DNA of 6,731 nucleotides from Candidatus Auribacterota bacterium (GTDB lineage Bacteria; Auribacterota; UBA6266): NCBI GenBank assembly GCA_023136205.1, contig JAGLRQ010000118.1, positions 1 to 6,731 of the forward strand, read 5' to 3'. Shown piece by piece: positions 1 to 5,115 of this stretch (position 1 is its first letter; each line of letters starts with the position of its first letter). The notes under the pieces were generated by a model. It saw only the letters and a program-made list of their open reading frames with translations, ran no database searches and was not told where the DNA came from. The position numbers and the translations under genes were made by a program.

Positions 1-738
1 CGCCAGCAAAAAGTGCTTTCCGCTCTTCCGGGTAGTAACTGCGGCGCCTGTGGTTTCGCGGGCTGTTCAAATTATGCTGAGGCCATTGTCCTTGATCACG
101 CGAAAATAACACTCTGTCTTCCCGGAGGAGAATGTGTCGTAAACGATATTGCTGAAGTGATGGGTGTACCCACGGGTAAAATAGAAAAGAAATACGCCGT
201 TATTCACTGCTGCGGTGGCGGTATAGGAAAAAAGAAATATAACTATGCCGGGGTAAGGGACTGCAGGGTAATCAATATGGTTGCGGGCGGGTCAAGTGAA
301 TGCGGTTACGGATGCCTGATGGGCTACGCGTGCCTGGACTCCTGTCCTGTTGGCGCTATTGTGAAGAATGAACACGGTATGCCATATGTAATTCCGGAAA
401 AATGTGTAGGATGCGGGCGTTGTGTTTCAACGTGCCCCAGAAATCTCATTGAGATAATCCCGGAAAAATCTAAAATCCATATTCTCTGTCTCTCAAAAGA
501 TAGGGGAGCTGATGTCAGGAAAGTTTGTTCAGTCGGGTGTATCGGATGCGGAAAGTGCGTAAAAGAATGCCCGTTTGACGCGATAAAACTGGTTGACAAT
601 CTTGCCGTTATAGATTATTCAAAATGTAAAGTATGTGGGAAATGTGTTAGTGTTTGCCCTGTTAATGTAATTTATAATTGGAGAAAAGAATTTATAATTC
701 CGGGATTTAGTAAAAACAGTATTAAAAACAGTATATAG
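1..738 (+). CDS. RnfB-type Fe-S / polyferredoxin protein, 5'-truncated by the window edge
   Basis: Frame 1 is open from nt 1 (RQQKVLSALPGSNCGACGFAGCSNYAEAIV), so the GTG at 13 is probably not the true start. LPxxxCGxCGxxGCxxYAEAI is the N-terminal Fe-S cluster motif of RnfB-like proteins. It is followed by CxxCxxCxxxCP-type 4Fe-4S ferredoxin motifs (CVGCGRCVSTCP, CIGCGKCVKECP, CKVCGKCVSVCP) plus CLDSCPVGAI. Stop codon TAG at 736-738. Confidence 0.85.
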   Translation, partial: RQQKVLSALPGSNCGACGFAGCSNYAEAIVLDHAKITLCLPGGECVVNDIAEVMGVPTGKIEKKYAVIHCCGGGIGKKKYNYAGVRDCRVINMVAGGSSECGYGCLMGYACLDSCPVGAIVKNEHGMPYVIPEKCVGCGRCVSTCPRNLIEIIPEKSKIHILCLSKDRGADVRKVCSVGCIGCGKCVKECPFDAIKLVDNLAVIDYSKCKVCGKCVSVCPVNVIYNWRKEFIIPGFSKNSIKNSI

Positions 739-768
739 TATTGAGTATTGAGTATTGAGTATTGAGTA
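730..768. repeat. Heptad tandem repeat: TATATAG then TATTGAG x4 (732-766). Nt 730-753 form the left arm of a 24-bp perfect inverted repeat.
   Basis: Read directly: AGTATATAGTATTGAGTATTGAGT (730-753) is the exact reverse complement of 1204-1227. The stop codon of the upstream CDS (736-738) lies inside the repeat. Confidence 0.95.
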
Positions 769-808
769 AAAACAAACAAAAGAAAGCAGATTAACACAGA
801 TAAAAAAT

Positions 809-1168
809 ATGACCTTAAAAATAAAAACTTATAGAGATTTAAATGTTTGGCAAAAAAGCATGGAGGTTGTAAAGGAAATTTATAAAGCAACAGAGAGTTT
901 TCCCAGGCAGGAATCTTACGGTTTAAGCAATCAAATGCGCAGAGCGGCAATTTCTATTCCATCTAATATAGCTGAAGGGTTTAGAAGGTATCATAATAAA
1001 GAATATAGGCAGTTTTTATACATTGCACTTGGATCATGTGCTGAACTTGAAACACAGTTGACAATAGGCAAAGATTTGAAGTATATAGCTGAAACTTTAG
1101 AGAAAAAACTGCTGGATGATCTTGAATATATCTGTCGTATGACAACAAATTTGATAAAAAAACTTTAA
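809..1168 (+). CDS. Four-helix-bundle protein of the '23S rRNA intervening-sequence protein' / Avd-like family
   Basis: 119 aa. It shows the family's hallmark layout: YRDLxVWQKSMELV near the N-terminus, then RRAAISIPSNIAEG, then FLxIALGSxxELETQL. Low GC (about 19/60 G+C in line 841-900) compared with the neighbouring genes. Confidence 0.9.
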   Translation: MTLKIKTYRDLNVWQKSMEVVKEIYKATESFPRQESYGLSNQMRRAAISIPSNIAEGFRRYHNKEYRQFLYIALGSCAELETQLTIGKDLKYIAETLEKKLLDDLEYICRMTTNLIKKL

Positions 1169-1203
1169 GAGAATGAGGCAATTGAAGTTTTTTTAAGTAT
1201 TTA

Positions 1204-1233
1204 ACTCAATACTCAATACTATATACTCAATAC
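1204..1233. repeat. Right arm of the inverted repeat (CTCAATA x2, CTATATA, CTCAATA), complementary to the heptads at 730-768
   Basis: ACTCAATACTCAATACTATATACT (1204-1227) is the exact reverse complement of 730-753. One further CTCAATA copy lies at 1226-1232. Confidence 0.95.
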
Positions 1234-1253
1234 CATTTTTTACGAGGTTAAAA

Positions 1254-1895
1254 ATGAACGTCGATGAATTAAAAAAAGCTGTCTTTGAAGGTAACATACC
1301 CCAAGTGCAGAATATTGTAAAAGCCCTGCTTGAGGAGGGAAACAACCCTCTGGATATCCTGAACAACGGGTTGATATCCGCGATGGAAGCAATAGGCATA
1401 AGATTTAAAAACAACGAAATCTATGTTCCCGAGGTTCTGATGGCTGCCCGGGCTATGAAAGAAGGCCTTAATATCGTAAAGCCTCTTTTATCGGCCGGGG
1501 AGATCGGGAAAAAAGGATGTATCGTAATTGGTACCGTAAAAGGTGACCTTCATGATATAGGGAAAAACATTGTTGCCATAATGCTTGAAGGCGCGGGTTA
1601 CCGTGTTATTGACCTCGGAGTGGATGCTGCTCCTGAGAAATTTCTATCTGCTGTAGTTGAAAACAATGCCGGCGTCGTGGCTTTATCAGCCCTTTTAACT
1701 ACTACAATGCCGGCAATGCAGACAACGGTTACCCTTCTGAAAGAGCAGGGCCCCGATAATCTTAAAATAATGATCGGAGGCGCGCCGGTTACCAAAGAAT
1801 ATTCCAATGAAATCGGTTCAGACGGTTATTCAGACGATGCCGGATCGGCGGTTGATACGGCCAGGGAACTTTTGCTGTCGATGGGGTATAAATAA
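1254..1895 (+). CDS. Cobalamin (B12)-binding corrinoid protein, like the cognate corrinoid proteins of methyltransferases (MtbC/MtmC-like architecture)
   Basis: 213 aa. An N-terminal helical cap (LxxAVxEGNxxxVxxxVxxLLEEGxxPLDILNxGLIxAMExIGxxF) is followed by a Rossmann-like B12 domain with the classical DxHxxG...SxL...GG signature (GDLHDIGKNIV, LSALLTTT, IMIGGAP). GAGG lies about 8 nt upstream of the ATG. Confidence 0.9.
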   Translation: MNVDELKKAVFEGNIPQVQNIVKALLEEGNNPLDILNNGLISAMEAIGIRFKNNEIYVPEVLMAARAMKEGLNIVKPLLSAGEIGKKGCIVIGTVKGDLHDIGKNIVAIMLEGAGYRVIDLGVDAAPEKFLSAVVENNAGVVALSALLTTTMPAMQTTVTLLKEQGPDNLKIMIGGAPVTKEYSNEIGSDGYSDDAGSAVDTARELLLSMGYK

Positions 1896-1945
1896 GGGTT
1901 GTGAGGAGATTTGGCTGGTTGTTGGTTAGATAAAGAAGAGATGAA

Positions 1946-3421
1946 ATGAACATAAGATGTCCAATATGTGATAATGACGCTACGATTTATAATGAAAGAG
2001 ATTATAATAATATTTTGGGGATATCGTGTAATTCATGTGGAAAATATGAAATCACAATGAATTTGAAGGACTCATTTAAAGCAGGAAATTTTGATAATAA
2101 CAAGTATATTATTGCTGGTTGGTTGTACGAGACTAAGAACAAGAGAACACACCCATTGCTAAGCAGCCAAAAAATGGCCAATAAGCGCTCTCTAACTATA
2201 GATGAAATAGTTCATAAAAAAGCTAATGTTCCTCATAGTGTAGAAGATAAGCTCAATAGAATGTTATTAAAAATAAAAGAAGATTCAAAAGAAATTGGCG
2301 AAGTAGTATCGTATCTATTATTTTGGGATTATCCTTCTATTTATGCAATGAGTCAAAATGAATTCAAACAGATTATTAGTTTATTGGAAGAAAGAAAACT
2401 TATTCGCATTACAAAAGACAGTAATCAGGCAATAGAGTTAAAGTTGTGTAATGAAGGATATAAAAAGATAGAAATGTTAAAGGATAATAAGGAACAGCAT
2501 GTGAATTTGGATTTAACCAAAGAAGATAAAAAAACCAATATATTCATAAGTTATGATTCAAAAGATAATGATTTATTGAAAGTTTTAGTGTCCGAAATAA
2601 AAAAAAGACCTATATTAAATCCAATTGTTGTTGCAACCAAACCCTCCCCGAGAAAACCATTAGCTAAGAAAGTGGAAGATGGCATTACTGAGTCTAAATA
2701 CTTTATTCCAATACTTACTAATATTTCATATAAAACTCAATGGGTTAATCAAGAAATTGGATATGCTGAAGCACTTGAAACACTTGGAAATATTAAAATC
2801 GTTCCGATTATTGAAAGTTCTGTAAGAGATAAATTAAAAGGATTCATTCATAAAAATGAAGACCTTCCCTACAGGTTTGCACGTTCGGACAATAAGAGAA
2901 AAGAAAAAATTATATTTAGAAAAAAATGTCAAACATTGTTGGATTACATCTTAGATGAAATAACAAAATTAGAAAATGTTAAAAAGCAAGAGAGAATCCC
3001 AGGGGTAAAGGAAAATTTATACGAAGTAGGTGTAAGAGGTTTTAAGGAAAAAGATATAATTGTAAATAGAAAAATAACAAAAGAATTGATGTTTAATCTT
3101 AGAGTGAAGTTATCTACGATCTATCAACATTTTATAGCATATTATTCATTTAAAACTAACACACAAGAAACAATATGGATCGGTTATAAAAACAATCAAA
3201 ATCAAAGGGGCGATCACGTAGGAAAAGATGAATATACAAAAGTTATAAAAAATAACCAAAAAATATCATATTCAATTGATGATAATGTTGTCAAAACGAT
3301 AAAAAAACGATTTCCTAATTTAACTGGCACCCCAGTGATTATCGAAAAAGTACGTTTTAGAGGTGATAGTAAAAATAATGATGTAATCAACTTTTATTAT
3401 GCTTTTTCAGAAAAGGTATAA
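1946..3421 (+). CDS. Multidomain TIR-like protein with four parts: CxxC...CxxC zinc ribbon, a possible winged-helix region, a TIR-like core and an orphan C-terminal domain
   Basis: 491-aa uninterrupted ORF in a region of about 27% GC. Residues 5-31 read CPIC..(19)..CNSC. Residues ~197-335 read TNIFISYDSKDNDLLKVLVSEI...ITESKYFIPILTNISYKTQWVNQEIGYAEAL...IKIVPII. This matches the bacterial TIR pattern: beta-A FISY(S/D)xxD, then hhhhS/TxxYxxSxWxxxEhxxA, then a hhPhh strand. The domain call is by motif only. Confidence 0.7.
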   Translation: MNIRCPICDNDATIYNERDYNNILGISCNSCGKYEITMNLKDSFKAGNFDNNKYIIAGWLYETKNKRTHPLLSSQKMANKRSLTIDEIVHKKANVPHSVEDKLNRMLLKIKEDSKEIGEVVSYLLFWDYPSIYAMSQNEFKQIISLLEERKLIRITKDSNQAIELKLCNEGYKKIEMLKDNKEQHVNLDLTKEDKKTNIFISYDSKDNDLLKVLVSEIKKRPILNPIVVATKPSPRKPLAKKVEDGITESKYFIPILTNISYKTQWVNQEIGYAEALETLGNIKIVPIIESSVRDKLKGFIHKNEDLPYRFARSDNKRKEKIIFRKKCQTLLDYILDEITKLENVKKQERIPGVKENLYEVGVRGFKEKDIIVNRKITKELMFNLRVKLSTIYQHFIAYYSFKTNTQETIWIGYKNNQNQRGDHVGKDEYTKVIKNNQKISYSIDDNVVKTIKKRFPNLTGTPVIIEKVRFRGDSKNNDVINFYYAFSEKV

Positions 3422-3475
3422 AATCAAGATAGATATTTGACATTAAATAGAGGGTGTAATACACAAAATAAAATT

Positions 3476-3781
3476 ATGAAAATTGTATGGATTAGACATG
3501 GTCCAGTTGATTACAATAGTCAAGTCGCTGACGTATTAATAGGAGATGCCCAAAAATTTGCTAGAAATTTGCCCAATATATTATGCGAACATGAATTAAA
3601 TCCCCAAATAGCCTATTTTGATAATTCCTTAAAATTTAAGAAAAACATCGAAAGATGTTATAAAACAATTGTTAATTTAGATTGTGAGAAAAAAACATAC
3701 AATTCTAATGATACTAATTTTATTAAACATTTAAGCCATGAACTTGTAGCAAAAAAGGGGACGGTTCTATTTAAATTCTAA
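3476..3781 (+). CDS. Small hypothetical protein with an N-terminal RHG motif, possibly a minimal or truncated histidine-phosphatase (SixA/PGAM-like) fold
   Basis: The ATG at 3476 gives MKIVWIRHGPVDYNS. A hydrophobic strand followed by RHG is the catalytic-loop signature of the histidine phosphatase superfamily. The protein is only about 101 aa and no Shine-Dalgarno sequence is visible. The track's TTG start (3437) coincides with a perfect TTGACA, so I prefer the ATG. Function is very uncertain. Confidence 0.4.
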   Translation: MKIVWIRHGPVDYNSQVADVLIGDAQKFARNLPNILCEHELNPQIAYFDNSLKFKKNIERCYKTIVNLDCEKKTYNSNDTNFIKHLSHELVAKKGTVLFKF

Positions 3782-3938
3782 AGGAGAAAATGGGGGCAGT
3801 TCTAATTAAGCTCCTGGGAAGTTTTATACGGACATTTATCCATCTAATTACTAGTTATGTGAATAGATGCATACAGAACATCTTATCTTAATAGTAAAAC
3901 TTGATTAAGAAAAAAGGATTTTAAGTAAAGGAATACAT

Positions 3939-4823
3939 GTGAAAGGCGAACGAGTTAGACAGTTTTTTAATTCTGAAACAAAGGCGTTACTCGCTCTTTA
4001 CAAAAATATTGAAACACTTATCCCTTCATCGAAAAAGGCTGGTGCGGCACATGTTGCAGAAGAAGGAAGATATATTGAAAGTATTATTAGACATTTTTTA
4101 AACAAGCATTTGCCAAATGACTTAAAGGCGTTTAGTGGATTTATATTAAGACCTGCAACGAAAACAGGGAATCATGACAGAACAAGAAGACGAGGAGAGA
4201 CAGACAAGCACTCCAAACAACTTGATATAATTGTTTATGACCATAAAAACTATCCTGTGTTCGAGAGTTTTGAAGAGTTTGCTATAGTTCCACCGGAAGG
4301 AGTTGTTGGGATAGTTTCAGTCAAAAAAAATCTTTATGAGGCACAAATTAAAAATGAACTTATTTCATTATCTGAAGCGGCGGAATTGTGTCATGTTAAA
4401 TGTCATAATGGTCAATTTATGAGAGGCCCTAGCACATGCTTAGTTGCTTTCTCGAATAAGGTTAAAATTAATAGTTCCTTCAAAAAAAGAGTGGGGTGGA
4501 TATTTGAAAAAATCAAAAGTTCTCATAATGAAAAGTATTTTGACCAATATGTTGGGCAAATTATTGCTTTGAACGCATTTACTGTTTTTAAGAAAAGACC
4601 GAATAGCGAAGAGAATTTCAATAAAAAAGTAGAATACATTGCATTTAACCATTCAATGGAAGAGGAATATCATTTTGGTTTACAATTTTTACTTTCAGGA
4701 ATTTTAGCTGCATATTATCACGAGTCTCGAAAACCTGAACTTAGACCAGGTTTTACAAGTTTTAAAAAAGGAAGAGGGCATGACATTGTTTTAGGACATA
4801 TTACTACTAAAAAATTAAGGTAA
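3939..4823 (+). CDS. Hypothetical protein whose N-terminal half has a PD-(D/E)xK (restriction-endonuclease-like) layout; candidate effector
   Basis: 294 aa. GTG start preceded by AAAGGA (3927-3932) with a 6-nt spacer. The ATG at 3937 runs straight into TGA. Motif order is EEGRYIESIIRHFLNKHLP (helix with acidic residues), then SKQLDIIVYD (hydrophobic strand with Asp), then PPEGVVGIVSVKKNL (strand ending in xVK). Ser sits where the canonical Glu or Asp would be. The C-terminal ~160 aa are unassigned. Confidence 0.5.
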   Translation: MKGERVRQFFNSETKALLALYKNIETLIPSSKKAGAAHVAEEGRYIESIIRHFLNKHLPNDLKAFSGFILRPATKTGNHDRTRRRGETDKHSKQLDIIVYDHKNYPVFESFEEFAIVPPEGVVGIVSVKKNLYEAQIKNELISLSEAAELCHVKCHNGQFMRGPSTCLVAFSNKVKINSSFKKRVGWIFEKIKSSHNEKYFDQYVGQIIALNAFTVFKKRPNSEENFNKKVEYIAFNHSMEEEYHFGLQFLLSGILAAYYHESRKPELRPGFTSFKKGRGHDIVLGHITTKKLR

Positions 4824-4896
4824 AAAATGCCACACCGATCTACAATGTTATCAAGTGTGCTTTTATTATCAACTGTTGGCACATAACAACCCGCTC

Positions 4897-4938
4897 AAGC
4901 GGATTCGCCAAAAAGCGTGGCGAACCGCTTAGCTTTTT
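4897..4938 (+). terminator. Rho-independent terminator closing the AT-rich cassette
   Basis: AAGCGG(A)TTCGCCA - loop AAAAGCG - TGGCGAACCGCTT forms a 13-bp GC-rich stem with one bulged A. It is followed by AGCTTTTTCG, a T5 run starting 3 nt after the stem. It lies 74 nt downstream of the stop at 4823. The reverse-strand version has no trailing T run. Confidence 0.55.
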
Positions 4939-5115
4939 CGTTATATTAGCAAAAATAGGGACAAAAAATAGAAACAGCGACTATTTTCAAAGAAACAAGA
5001 ATTCTAACAACGGTTCCCCCGACGTTGAATAAGCACTTGTGGCAATAAAATATTGATATTGTGCTTGAGCAACGCGGGTGAAGCAAAACGTTGAGATTTA
5101 AAATACGGAGGAGAC

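Noticed and set aside
732-766. Heptad tandem repeat considered as a CRISPR array or other spacer-repeat structure.
   Set aside because: The units are 7 bp with no spacers, far too short for CRISPR. The array is explained by its inverted-repeat partner at 1204-1233.
809-1168. Avd-like four-helix-bundle gene as part of a diversity-generating retroelement.
   Set aside because: No reverse transcriptase ORF and no template/variable repeat pair is present anywhere in the window. Stand-alone copies of this family are common.
3437-3475. TTG at 3437 as the start of the 114-aa ORF.
   Set aside because: The TTG is part of a TTGACA hexamer. The first 13 codons (LTLNRGCNTQNKI) have no RBS and no motif. 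The ATG at 3476 begins the recognisable MKIVWIRHG segment.
2528-4330. Homopolymeric A tracts as phase-variation switches. These are A7 at 2528-2534, A8 at 2599-2606, A7 at 3301-3307, and A8 at 4323-4330 inside the VKK motif.
   Set aside because: Such runs are expected in ~28% GC, Lys-rich coding sequence (AAA/AAG codons). All tracts are currently in frame, and one sequence gives no evidence of length variation. Only the A8 in the putative catalytic strand might be worth checking in population data.
1946-4823. Assigning the cassette to Thoeris, CBASS, Pycsar, SPARTA or a retron.
   Set aside because: I could recognise no SIR2, SLOG or Macro ThsA-like motifs. I also saw no nucleotidyltransferase or cyclase, Argonaute, reverse transcriptase or ncRNA structure. 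The named systems were therefore not called, though a profile search could overturn this.
1896-4896. Direct repeats, a tRNA or an att site at the borders of the AT-rich cassette.
   Set aside because: Only trivial matches (for example TGTTGG) are shared between 1896-1945 and 4824-4896. No tRNA-like cloverleaf, integrase or transposase is present. By-eye detection of short repeats is weak, so this needs a computational check.
5025-5053. TTGAAT / TAAAAT as a promoter for the lipoprotein gene.
   Set aside because: The good -10 hexamer has only a 15-nt spacer, and alternative registers give poor -10 matches. This is too weak to list as a feature, so it is mentioned only under the junction finding.
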